Shown: positions 1 to 12,109 of the stretch, piece after piece
Position numbering within the stretch: position 1 is the first letter of the stretch
Layout: each line of letters opens with the position of its first letter
Source: Octopus sinensis
Taxonomy: Eukaryota
Length of the DNA stretch: 64,000 nt
Assembly: GCF_006345805.1 (NCBI RefSeq)
Contig: NC_043000.1
Location: forward strand, 126,728,001 to 126,792,000
Direction of reading: 5' to 3'
Translations under genes and position numbers: made by a program
The notes under the pieces: generated by a model
Seen by the model: the letters and a program-made list of their open reading frames with translations, nothing else
Database searches by the model: none
Told to the model about the DNA's origin: nothing

Positions 1-157
1 ACAGCAGTAGAATTAAAAATTCTACTATTCTAAATCACAGTAAGAAGAAGACGAGGAGGAGGAGGAGGAGGAGGAGGAAGAGGAAGAGGAGGAAGCAGAG
101 GAGGAAGAGGCAGAGGCGGAGGAGGCGGCGGCAGAGGAGGAGGCAGTGGTGGTGGTG

Positions 158-194
<37 letters not shown>

Positions 195-2204
195 GTATGT
201 ATGTATGTATGTAGGTGTAGGAGTAAACTTCATGTCATTTATTTATTTATTGGCAAATATTACACAACACGTATTGTTTCCAAGAATTTAATTTTAAGGC
301 TGTTGTTTATTAACTTTATGAAAACTAGAAAAATTTTAATAACATTCTGTTCCTAAGATTTTAACACTCTTAGATTTCTTTACATATTTGTAGGATGTTC
401 AAAAAATTTGAATAGAATAAATACTTAAGAAATGAGATCATTTCCATTAATTTATGTGATAAAATTAATTATATATAAAATTGTAGACAAGAGAGAATAA
501 GATACAAATTAACAAAAACATAAGGAAATTTAGTTGTAGGTGAATTAAATTTTGTAATAAACAATTGAGTGTGAAAGTCATTGAATTACTTTAACAGCTC
601 TGGACTAAACAAGTCTGTATCAGTGAAAATGGTAGGTTATTAGTGGTCACTTCACCTGCTAGAAATAACAGCCAGCTCACTCATACTATCTTAGAAAAGT
701 GAGGTAGCCTTGAATAGTGTGGTCCTGAGTTCACTGTGCTGAGAAAAAAAAGATGGGATTGTCATAACTTGAAGGTCTTTGTGTCTGTGAACAAAGGTCA
801 ACTTTGAGCTGATCTGAAACTGAACAACAACAGCAATAATAGCAGCAGCAGTTTCCTGAAAATTTGTGTTCTTTTGTCAAAGCAAGAATTTATAAAAAGA
901 AATGTTTGTGCCAGAACAAGAGTAGAGGAGGGGACATTATTGATGAGAACACTGGCTATGATGAAAGAACTCTGATTAACCAACTGATTGATTGATTAGA
1001 GAATAGACTAGTTAATTAATTAGTTAATTAGTTGAATGATAATAATTGTTTTTAATTTAAGCACAAGGCCAGTAATTTCAAAAGGATTGGGAGTGGTCAA
1101 TGCCATCAGCTCTAGTACTTGACTGATAGTTTATTTTATTGACCTAGAGGAATGGAAAGCAAAGTTGGCTTCCACAGGATTTGAACTCAGAATATCAAGA
1201 GTTAGAAGTACTGTAAAACACTGTTTTCTGATGTTCTGATGCAGGGTCGGGGATCTTTTTTTAACCAATTACCCTAAAATATATTTGTTTACTTGAAATT
1301 TATAGAAAAAAAAAAAGATGAAGACAAGTGTATGAACAACAAGCAAATGAATTAGTTTGATGCTTGGGAAAATGAAAGAGCCTTTTATGTTTCCAGCCTA
1401 TGCTCTTCAACAGAAATAAGAGAAAATAAACAGAGAAAGAAAATGAAAAACACTTGTAGATTTCAGCATTTAATTACACTAACAATACTCACCCGATTTG
1501 AAAGGAAGAAAATAATAGATTCTTTGAATTGAAAAGTTTTATTGAATCTATTTTATTCATTTCATTTATATGAATCTATTTACACATCCATTACATTGGA
1601 CAGATGCAGTGTTCCCAGAAGAAACATTTCTATCATACCAAGGAACATGTTTTTATATAGTTTTACTTATTCTTAATGAGCCCTCATTACCCCCAAGAAT
1701 TTTATTTTTACCCCATTTGGAGTAATTTAACTTGGTTCGCTGACCCCTGCTCTAATGATTCTATCAACCCACCACCCTTTTGTTAATCCTTGATAATAAT
1801 AAAAAGAAGTGAAATACAACTATATTTTGTGTGTGTGTGTGTGTGTGTGCATACATATATTTGTACTTATCTTTTCTCTCCGCTTTTTACTTGTCTCAAT
1901 CATTGAACTGAAGCTATACTGAGGAACCATCCTGAAGGGTTTAGACCAGGGATGGCTAACCTGAGGCCCAAAGGCTGCATATGGTATGCAGACTTTTATC
2001 TTGTGGCCTGTTTGAAATGGGTTTATTTAAACAAACATTTTAAAAATTTTATCAAGAATTAAAGATTGTAATGAAAAGTAAAAAAGAAATATTACAGTTC
2101 TATATTTTAGAGACAAGGAATTATGTACATTATTTACATTATTTAAATTATTTACATTCAACGGATATTTGTCCTCATCTTAACCACTACGCCATATGCC
2201 AATG

Positions 2205-2289
2205 GACATATGGCATAGTGGTTAAGAGCGCAGGCTACTAACCCCAAGATTCCGAGTTCAATTCCAAGCAGTGACCTGAACACTAACAA

Positions 2290-2322
<33 letters not shown>

Positions 2323-2475
2323 CATCGAAAAATACCTTAGGAATGAAAACCCAGGTTCAAAATTTCTCCAGGACACCTGAAGAAGGCTGGAGAGTATATC
2401 AGCTGAAACGTTGTGTTAACAACAAACAAGATGAGGACAAATATCCATCAAATGTAAATTATGTAAATAATGTAA
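2205..2475 (+). mobile_element. tRNA-derived SINE with an (AAT)n linker and a hammerhead-bearing 3' end
   Basis: A-box TGGCATAGTGG, B-box GAGTTCAATTCC, anticodon-like loop CTACTAA, tail ending in (AATGTA)-type repeats. Confidence 0.75.
2371..2416 (+). ncRNA. Minimal type I hammerhead-like motif in the 3' part of a tRNA-headed SINE
   Basis: GACAC-CTGAAGA-A-GGCTG(10 nt)CAGCT-GAAA-C-GTT|GTGTT, with palindromic AACGTT. Confidence 0.7.
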
Positions 2476-2640
2476 TATAAGAGATACTACTGTTTTTGAA
2501 ATGATAATATTTCTTGTTGAATCAATGATCATTCTTTCATTATTGTAATAATAGCATGAGAACGCAAAATGCTTTCAATTCTATCAGCATCCAAGTGGCC
2601 CGCAATTTAATTCGAGTTGGCCAGGCCTGGTTTAGACAAA

Positions 2641-2977
2641 TAAATCAACCCTAGTACTTTTTTCTTTAAAGCTTGGTACTTATTTTATTGGTTTCTTCTG
2701 CCAAAGTACTTAGTTACAAGGACATAAACAAACCGACACCATTTGCCAAGCTGTGGTGGTGGGACAAACATAGGCACAAAGACTCAAACACAAAGGCACA
2801 CACGGGCATGTGCACACGCACACACACACACACATACACATATATATACAACAGGCTTTTAGTTTCCATCCCCCAAATCCACTCGTAAGGCTTTGGCCGA
2901 TCTGTGGCTATAATAGAAGACACTTACCCAAAGTGCCAAAGTGCAAACATCTTACCACACAGCCACGCATGCACCTA
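2641..2977 (-). mobile_element. SINE family A, degenerate copy
   Basis: Similar to 6421-6828 and 35617-36028. Confidence 0.75.
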
Positions 2978-3224
2978 TGTCAAATACTGCAGATTGATAC
3001 ATCAATAACATAAAGTATCAATCAAGAAATGACGGTTGATTTGATATTGCTATTACATTGTTACCTTAGATGTGAATGGAATTGTAATCGAAGATTGACT
3101 AACAATTGACCTGACCCATAACGATTTGTTCAACATAATAAAGCCAACATGGAAAAATAATGGATGTAATAAAAATGATGACGGTAGTGGTGGAGGTGGT
3201 GGTAATGGTTGTGGTGGTGGTTGT

Positions 3225-3390
3225 GGTGGTGGTGGTGGTAGTGACGATGATGACAATAATGATGATGACAGCGATGATGATAATGATGATGATGATGATA
3301 ATGATGACAATGATGATGATGATGATGACGATGACGATGATGACGACAATGACGATGACAACGACGACGATGACGATGGTGATGATGATG
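3225..3390. repeat. (GGT)n/(GAT/GAC)n trinucleotide microsatellite
   Basis: Read directly; explains the poly-D, poly-M and poly-I ORFs. Confidence 0.95.
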
Positions 3391-4040
3391 AGAGAGAGAA
3401 GGTTAACACTACAAGAATGGCTGAAATCAGCAAAACAATAAAAGCGTAATTTCAAAAATAGAAAGGAAGTATTTTAGATTTAGTGATTGTGGTGTTGGTG
3501 GTGGTAGTGGTGGTTGTGGTGGCAGAGGTGGCACTGATATTTATATGATGGTGTTGGCTGTAAGGAACCGCCCATTAGAGTATTGTGGCAGTATGCTAAT
3601 GTTGTGCTATGATAATTAGTCAACATTGTTTGTTTAGTTAACAAGATAACTTAGTCGCGTCAGAATTAAAGACCAAAATATCTTACAAGACATTGCTTGT
3701 ACATTTTATGGAAAACTAAAGGAATTTTATCTTAACTCTAGAAAATGGTGGCAGTATTGTTTACTCCCAGGCTAATCATGATAAAGCAGACTTGCAATAA
3801 AGACATTCAAGCTATGACCATCTTACCATTTTAGGGGTATATAGGCAGGGCTGGATTAAGTTCCATGGAAACTTTCTATTCATTTAAAAGATTTTCATGC
3901 CCCCATATATGTGTAATTCAAAATACAAACAATAATAAGCCATAAAATAAATTTTTATTTTTCAAAATGAAACAAAACTAACAGTAATAAGGAGAATAAT
4001 GTTTATTTTTACATACTTCCACTTTTCTTTTATCTTTTTT

Positions 4041-4245
4041 TCTTTTACTTGTTTCAGTCATTTGACTGTGGCCAAGCTGGAGCACCACCTTTAGTCAAGC
4101 GAATCAACCCCAGGATTTATTCTTTGTAAGCCTAGTACTTATTCTATTGGTCTCTTTTGCTGAACTGCTAAGTTACGGGGGTGTAACATGCCAGCATTAG
4201 TTGTCAAGCGATGTTGGGGGGACAAACACAGACACACAAACATGT

Positions 4246-4279
<34 letters not shown>

Positions 4280-4460
4280 GTATACATATACACGATGGTC
4301 TTCTATAAGTTTCCATCTACCAAATCCACTTACAAGGCTTTGGTCAGCCCGATGCTATAGTAGAAGACACTTGCCTAAGGTGCCACGCAGTGGGACTGAA
4401 CCCGGAACCATGAGGCTGGTAAGCAAACTACTTATCACACAGCCATTCCTTTGCCTCCAT
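4041..4460 (-). mobile_element. SINE family A (tRNA-derived, central CA/TA microsatellite, GTAAAAGA tail)
   Basis: Full-length reverse-complement copy of the family. Confidence 0.9.
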
Positions 4461-5424
4461 ATATCTATTCATATTTGAAAAGTTTTCTTCTATTATTTTT
4501 TAATTGCAAAGTTTTTGATCACATCCTCACTATGGTACAATGAACACTTCAAAATTATGTTTCCAATCATATGAACTACTTTGAATATTAACAAGTTTAA
4601 AGCGATTTCTTTTGCCTCACAAAACAGTTATCATTTCTGTGGTGTCCCCTTCCATTGATGCCCTTAGCATGTGCTTATTTTGCTCACTGATTAATCCTGT
4701 GCTGTATATAGGGCAATATTATATAATGCATCCTATCCTTATATAAGACAACAATATATGTATTAAGGGAGATTTTGGTTGCTATTTCTAGCAGTTCAAG
4801 TGACCATGTAAGGGCTCACCTGTTAGTTCATATAATTGGAAAATGTAACATTGTATAAATGGCAAAGAATTCCTGAGGGAAAATAACCAAAAGGAATTTT
4901 GTCTTAACTATAGAAATATACGAATAATTATTTAGTTGCAGGCCATACACAATGAAGCAGACTTATGAAAGAAGACATTCCAACAACGACTATCTCCCCT
5001 TTTTCGAGGTATATAGGGCTACATTATATTAGTATTATTAGGTTTTTCCATCATGTATTAGAAGATGACCAGGTTGTCAACTTTACACTTTCTGGGTCCT
5101 GAGATGGCTTATTAGGTCAATTTTGGCATGAAATTGATGGCTACAATGGGAATGTAGTAAGATTCAAAATCAAGTCAGAAAATTATGAAGTTTAGGTCAT
5201 GGCATAGCACAACTGAAAGGCCGAGTTATTGGCCAATCAGTAGCCAGACTTCACTTGATAGATCAATCTAGATCCTTCTGGGACATTTCCCTGCAAGGGT
5301 TATATAAAAGCTTGTTTTTAGCACCAATGTTCAGAGTGTATGGTTACCTACAAACCTACCACACACATTCTCTTGCTTTTATAATAGTTGTTTTCATGTC
5401 TGTCTGCTCAGCTTAGATATTCTC

Positions 5425-5638
5425 TCTTTTACTCTTTTACTTGTTTCAGTCATTTGACTGCAGCCATGCTGGAGCACCGCCTTTAGTCGAGCAAATCGAC
5501 ACCAGGACTTATTCTTTGGAAGCTTAGTACTTATTCTATTGGTCTCTTTTGCCAAAGTGCTAAGTTACAGGGATGTAAACACACCAGCATCGGTTGTCAA
5601 GCGATGTTCGGGGGACAAACACAGACACACAAACATAT

Positions 5639-5686
<48 letters not shown>

Positions 5687-5815
5687 TCAGGGTGAATACT
5701 TGATAAGTGTAAGCACCTGTATATGCCAGCTAGTAGCAGAGGTGAGAGGGTATATGCATCAAATGAAATAAAAAACAGAACACATCCTTTGTGTTCTGTT
5801 TTTTATTTCATTTGA

Positions 5816-5853
<38 letters not shown>

Positions 5854-6031
5854 AATATACATATATATGATGGGCTTCTTTCAGTTTTTGTCTACTAAAT
5901 CCACTCACAGGGCTTTGGTCGGCCCGAGGCTAAAGAAGAAGACACTTGCCCAAGGTGCCACGCAGTGGGACTGAACCTGGAACCATGTGGTACGTAAGCA
6001 AGCTACTTAACACACAGCCACTCCTACACCT
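5425..6031 (-). mobile_element. SINE family A with foreign fragments inserted in its central (TA)n
   Basis: The family A halves flank 5681-5817. Confidence 0.85.
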
Positions 6032-6420
6032 ATTTTCAATTTAGTCAGCCAAAATGAATATACTGTGTATTTTATCTCCTGTCTTGATAAACCTTAATAC
6101 AGAGTTTCTGTAATCAATGATGTATGAATGTGACTGAATCATTCGATCAGTTGTGTTGACCTGTCATGGAACTTTATAATTCATGACCAACCTCAATATT
6201 ACTTGTGCAGTGAAATAAAAGTTACTATTAAGTTAAATGCCTGCTTGGTATTGTTATATCATTCACATGTAGCCTCACATGTGTACCCACTAAGCAATGA
6301 GAATATGGAATGGTAGAATTAGGACCCAGTGAGGCTCTTGCTTTCTGGGCAGCCTTCCTCTCTTTAGTTTCTCTGGTTATATCAGATTCAGAGTACTGTA
6401 TTTTATTATATAAAATTAAC

Positions 6421-6828
6421 ACAGGAGTGGCTGTGTGGTAAGTAGGTTGCTTATCAACCACATGCTTCCAGGTTCAGTCCCACTGCATGGCACCTTGAGC
6501 AAGTGTCTTCTACTAAATCCTCGGGCTGACCAAAGGCTTGTGAGTGGATTTGGTAGACGGAAACTGAAAGAAGCCCGTCATATATATGTATATGTATATA
6601 TATATATGTGAGTGTTTGTGTGTCTGTGTTTGTTCCCCCTCCCAACATCACTTGACAACCAATGCTGGTGTATTTGCGTCCCCGTAACTTAGCGGTTTGG
6701 CAAAAGAGACCAATAGAATAAGTACTAGGCTTACAAAGAATAAGTCCTGGGGTCGATTTGCTTGACTAAAAGCAGTGCTCCAGCATGGCCGCAGTCAAAT
6801 GACTGAAACAGGTAAAAGAGTAAAGAGT
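6421..6828 (+). mobile_element. SINE family A, full length
   Basis: Head CAGGAGTGGCTGTGTGGTAAG, B-box GGTTCAGTCCC, tail GAAACAGGTAAAAGAGTAAAGAG. Confidence 0.9.
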
Positions 6829-6844
6829 ACATAATATATATTAT

Positions 6845-7435
6845 ATAATTCCAGCACTCCGTTGGTTACGACGACAAGGGTTCCAGTTGATCCAATCAAT
6901 GGAACAGCCTGCTTGTGAAATTAATGTTTAAGTGGTTGAACATTCCACAAACATCCATACCCATTTCTTTACTGCCCACAAGGGGCTACACACAGAAGGG
7001 ACAAACAAAGACAGACAAATGGATTAAGTCAATTATATCGACTCCAGTGTGTAACTGGTACTTATTTAATTGTCCCCGAAAGGATGAAAGGCAAAGTTGA
7101 CCTCGGCGGAATTTGAACTCAGAACATAGCGGCAGACGAAATACCACTAAGCATTTCGTCCAGCATGCTAGCCATTCTGCCAGCTTGCCGCCTTGTCCAT
7201 ACCCTTCAAACATCCATACCCTTAACGTAGTTCTTGGGGAGATTCAGTGTGACACAGATGTGTGACAAAGCTGTACCTTTGACATACAAGTACTACTCAT
7301 TATTGCCAGCTGAGTGAACTGGAGCAAAGTGAAATAAAGTGCCTTGCTCAAAGACACAACACGTCACTTGGAATTGAACTCATGACCTTACAATCATGAG
7401 CCAAATACCCTAACCACTACGCCACATGCCTTCAC
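6845..7435 (-). mobile_element. SINE family C (tRNA-derived) interrupted by a family B SINE
   Basis: Head GGCGTAGTGGTTAGGG..GAGTTCAATTCC; homologous to 43745-44040. Confidence 0.8.
6963..7206 (-). mobile_element. SINE family B inserted in family C with a 15-bp TSD
   Basis: CAAACATCCATACCC at 6948-62 and 7207-21. Confidence 0.85.
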
Positions 7436-8162
7436 TGTATTACATAATAAATCATTACATAATAAGACATAAGACATAAGATAAATGATTTGAGGGAAAA
7501 TTTGGCAGCTTTTTCTAGCAGTTTGAGTGATTACGTAAATGCTCGCTCATTAGTTCATATAAGTTAGAAAATGTAACACTGTATATAAATGGTAAAGAAT
7601 TGCTGAGGGAATACAACTGAGTATGAAAAGCATCAGGTGATATTGAGGTAACTGGTTGTTTGGACAAGTGACAAATGAAGAATAATACATGCTGATCCAA
7701 TGTGTAATGTGGTTCTTGATAATAGGTTGCATAGAACTGAGCCAAGAATATAAGGTTGGTTCTGTGATCTGAAAGAATGGAAACTCTCAAGAGAATCACA
7801 AGAGAAAACACCAATATGGCAGACCTATTAACTCCAAGCCGGTATAAGTATAGCTTATGCTGTTCATCAAGATATATGTTTATATTTGTGTGTGTATATG
7901 TTTGTATGTTCGTATATACAAATCTGTATTCATGTGTGTGTGTGTAGAGAGAGAGAGAGACAGACAGACAGAGAAACAGAGAGACAGACAGATAGACAGA
8001 GACAGAGAAAGATAAATAGATGGCTAGATAGATGAATAGATAGATAGATAGATAGATAGGCTGATAGGTAGACATACACGTACAGTCATATACATATATG
8101 TAACACAATGCTTGTTTGTATGTATATGTATGCATGTATATGTGTTTATATATATATATATA

Positions 8163-8760
8163 TGGGGTGTAGTGAATAGACTGTCGTCTAAATTACGCAA
8201 AGAACGAAAATAACACTGAGATCTCATTTTAACAGATATACTTACCAAAATTACATTAAAATATCTTGAAATATTAAAGAGCAAATTTATCCAATAAAAT
8301 CGCTATTGGCCTCAACCATGGCCTCCAGACAACTTTGGAATCTACTACAGCACTTCTGGACGGTCTCCTTGTTTAAGTTGGTGAATGCTGCCATAATCCT
8401 TGCCTTCAGTCCATCTTTGGTGTTACGAGGAGTTTTGTTGGTCTCTCGCTCAACTGTACCCCACATATAATAATCAAAGGGTTTTAGTCTGGGGAGTTAG
8501 GTGGTCAGATGTTAGAGGTGATGTGGTCGCAGAAGTTGTCTGACAGCCATGACTGGGATCTCCTGCTCATGTGGCATGGTGCAGAGTCCTGTTGCTAGAC
8601 ATAGGGTCTTCTGGCAACCGCCCTCTTGACCCAGGGCAGCACTACCTCCTCCAGGCTCTTGATGTAGGCTGTGTGGGAAGAGGAATGAAGGCATAATGTC
8701 ACCATTACTAGTGAACACTCCAAATACTGTGATGTTGACTGGAATTTAAATTTTTATTAC
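8163..8760 (-). mobile_element. Tc1/mariner DD37D (maT-type) transposase relic, 3' part with right terminus
   Basis: QQDSAPCH...(W)PPNSPD(C)NPFDY with 37 residues between the second and third Asp; contains stops and a frameshift. Confidence 0.8.
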
Positions 8761-9224
8761 TCTTGGTACCTGTTTTGCAGACACAGCAAACCAATGGTTG
8801 TTCTGTGTGTTCACCATCTGTTTGTATTGGAGCTTCCAGCATAAATGTCAAGCAGTACAGCATGTCGTTTCCAAATTTCTGACAGAGAGAATTGCATCGT
8901 GCTGGTGTTTTTCTCACAGACAATGTCCAGAATTGCACCTGCAAGGCACAAATCTGAGCAACATTGTTTATGGAAGACCAACTATTACCCATGCATACTA
9001 GCCTCCCTTCTCCATATCAAAGGGAAAGGCAAATGCTGATACAGCTTGGCACCAGTGACATCACAAATCACAACTCATTCGTACAGCTGAGTGAAGTGGA
9101 GCAACATGAAATAAAGTGTCTTGCTCAAGAACACACAACTCAGTTTGGGAAGTGAACTCACTATCTCATGATTGCGAGCCCGACACTCTAACCATTGAGT
9201 CATGTGCCTTTGTGCATGGATATT

Positions 9225-9632
9225 ACTCTTTACTCTTTTACTCTTTTACTTGTTTCAGTCATTTGACTGCGGCCATGCTGGAGCACCGTCTTTAGTCGAT
9301 CAAATTGACTCCAGGACTTATTCTTTGGAAGCCTAGTACTTATTCTATCAGTCTCTTTTGCCAAACCACTAAGTTATGGGGACGTAAACACACCACCATC
9401 AGTTGTCAAGCGATGTTGGGGGGGGGGCAAACACAGACACACAAACATATACACACACATACATACATATATACTACGGGCTTCTTTCAGTTTCCGTCTA
9501 CCAAATCTACTCAAAAGGCTTTGGTTGGCCTGAGGCTATAGCAGAAGACACTTGCCCAAGGTGACACGCAGTGGGACTGAACCTGGAATCATGTGGTTGG
9601 TAAGCAAGCTACTTACCACGCAGCCAATCCTG
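9225..9632 (-). mobile_element. SINE family A, full length
   Basis: Family homology along the whole length. Confidence 0.9.
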
Positions 9633-9715
9633 TATACATACATCATCATCATCATCGTTTAACGTCTGCCTCCCATGTTAGTATGGGTGGGACTGCTAGC
9701 AAGGGTGGGAATTTA

Positions 9716-9748
<33 letters not shown>

Positions 9749-10924
9749 ACACTGACACACACACATGTACATATATACATGTACATACTTGAAAATCTAT
9801 ATAACTACTTATTTGGAGAAGTCATGAAGAAAATAATTCGAAACACTCAAAATGTTGTTTACCTGTACTGACAATGCAAATTTGTATTAATTAAATGTGA
9901 GAAGTTTGTAAACTCTTATCAGGAAAAAAACAGCTTTAAAAAATAGAAATAGAAAAAGATGGTGGATCTGCAATGAAAAAGCAAAGCAATGTAATCCTTT
10001 TAAAAGCATAACTTTTGACAAAGACATCTCTATAATGATAACTCTATAAGGGTCATGAGTTCTTTAAGTTAATGTTACCGATATTTATTCATTCATTTAT
10101 TTATTCATGTATTTATATATTTATTTATTTTCTTTAACTAACAAGCAACTAGTATTTTTGTAGGTTCTCCTTTTGTCATCAGCTATATTTTTGCAGCATA
10201 CACTCTCACGATCACTGCCATGGTAACAGAAGACTCTTAAAAATAAAGCAGTGCTCTTTTTAGTAACACACATTCACACCGACTACACTTCACCCCTGAG
10301 GATGTTATTCTATATTACGTTTGATTAAATATCACTTATTAAGCAAAAGAATGTATTAAACTCAAAGGAAGAAGGCAAGTATGGATTTTACATGTAATTT
10401 TGTTCTTTTAACTATTTTTTTACGTTTTCCTTTTCCTAATATTTAAATTATTCTATGCAGATGTTTTTTCCTCAGCCCGCTAGCAACAGTAGATCTAATT
10501 CAAGCAGTAGCATTCATTCTGTAATGCCAGTCACATCTCATTTAGCAATGTTAACATATCAATGTTGTGACAGCTTAACTAAAGGCTTTTACACTGTTAA
10601 GTTTTTAAGTAAGTTATTTCACAACTTAGTGGCATGTACAGAACTACCACTTAACCTCTCCTCTCGTTTCTGGAAAATTATAGGAACAAAAAAGTTAAAT
10701 CTTCCACATTAATCTTTGAATATTCTGTGGATAGGATGCTCTTCTTTTAGCAGATAACATACCCCGCAATATTTCGTTTTTGAATTTGGTTTGCAAGATT
10801 CTTTATATGAGTTTGTGTGTTGAAGCATATTCTGTTGTGTCTGGGGAGAATCATTTTCTTTTTGTGCCTTATAATTCAACACACTCACCAGTAAAATTTC
10901 CACTTATTTCTTATTTTTATTTTC

Positions 10925-10961
10925 CTAAAATTTTCGTTGCGTCTTGCAACCTTTTCAATAG
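10925..10961 (-). ncRNA. Minimal type I hammerhead-like motif, U3:A8 variant
   Basis: CTA-TTGAAAA-G-GTTGC(AAGAC)GCAAC-GAAA-A-TTT|TAG. Same register as the 36793 motif, but helix I is only 3 bp. Confidence 0.55.
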
Positions 10962-11289
10962 TCTTGACTCTGTCTGTTATTTACACTCCATTCCTTTTTG
11001 TTTGTTTGTGCACATGTGTATGGGTTAGTGTTTGTGTAGGAAGGAAATTTTACCGGTGAGTGTGTTACATTATAAGGCACAAAAAGAAAATGACACTCCC
11101 CAGACACAACAGAATACCCCACAATGTCTTGGTAACAACTAAATGATATAATATTGATAAAATTAGGTGTCTTTGTTAAGAGATATGACTAAATACAAAT
11201 GGCAGGTTATCTTTTACTTTCCCATGATTCCATCATCGGACCGTGACCATGGTGGGGCACCACCTTGAAAGGGCTTTAATTTTCATTCT

Positions 11290-11757
11290 TATCCTATTGT
11301 CTCACTTGCTGTACTACTAAGTTACAAGGACATAAAACACTACCGGTTATCTGTTGGTGGTGGGAGGAATAAACATAAATACACACATACACATCATTTC
11401 CATCATCACTTTCTTGCACGCTGGCATAGGTTAGACTCTGTGTGTGTGTACATGTGTATGTGTGTACGTGTGTATGTGTGTGTGCATGTGTGTAAGACAA
11501 GGTAGAAAAAAAATCACTATTATATATTATATAATAGCTATTATATACATATGTATATATATGATATAATAGCTATTATATACATATATATATGATATAG
11601 GCTTCCATGCAGTTTCCATCAACCAAATTCACTCATAAGGCATTAGCTGGTCTGGGGCTATAGTAAAAGACATTTGTTCAAGGTGCCATGCAATAGGACT
11701 GAGCCCAAAATCACATAGTTGGTTGCAAAGAGAACTTCATAACCACACAGCCATCCT
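11290..11757 (-). mobile_element. SINE family A, old degenerate copy
   Basis: Patchy family homology with CpG decay. Confidence 0.6.
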
Positions 11758-12078
11758 TGATACAGACCAGTATATAATTTGATATTTTATTAATGAGTCC
11801 ATGTCTGCCTCTCATTATATAAATTTAAATTTCAAGTAAATTATGCATATTGATATGTGAGATGGTTATGCAAATTCTGATCATTGCAATTGGATATTTT
11901 GGCTAATATTAAGTTAACTCTCAAATGTTTGAGTGGACATATTAGTAATACCTTGTTCAATAATTAATAATGTACTTGTAGGTATAATTGGGTGGTTAAA
12001 AAGTTTGATTCCCAATCACAAGGTTGTGGGTTCAGCTCCACATACATACATACGTACATACATACGTACATACATACA

Positions 12079-12109
<31 letters not shown>

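Larger units (their letters stand above)
1947..2629. mobile_element. hAT (Charlie/Buster-type) MITE with a nested SINE
   Basis: Termini CAGGGATGGCTAAC / GTTGGCCAGGCCTG and an identical 8-bp TSD GTTTAGAC at 1939-46 and 2630-37. Confidence 0.8.

Noticed and set aside
2205-2280. tRNA gene (also 59160-59230)
   Set aside because: The acceptor stem does not close and the sequence continues into a SINE body, so it is a tRNA-derived head.
3053-3455. Poly-D, poly-S, poly-M and poly-I ORFs (and poly-P at 30-233)
   Set aside because: Trinucleotide repeats open in several frames, with no splice or homology support.
7515-8135. 206-aa minus-strand ORF
   Set aside because: Half is microsatellite and the end overlaps a dispersed repeat (homologous to ~4780-4900); no recognisable domain.
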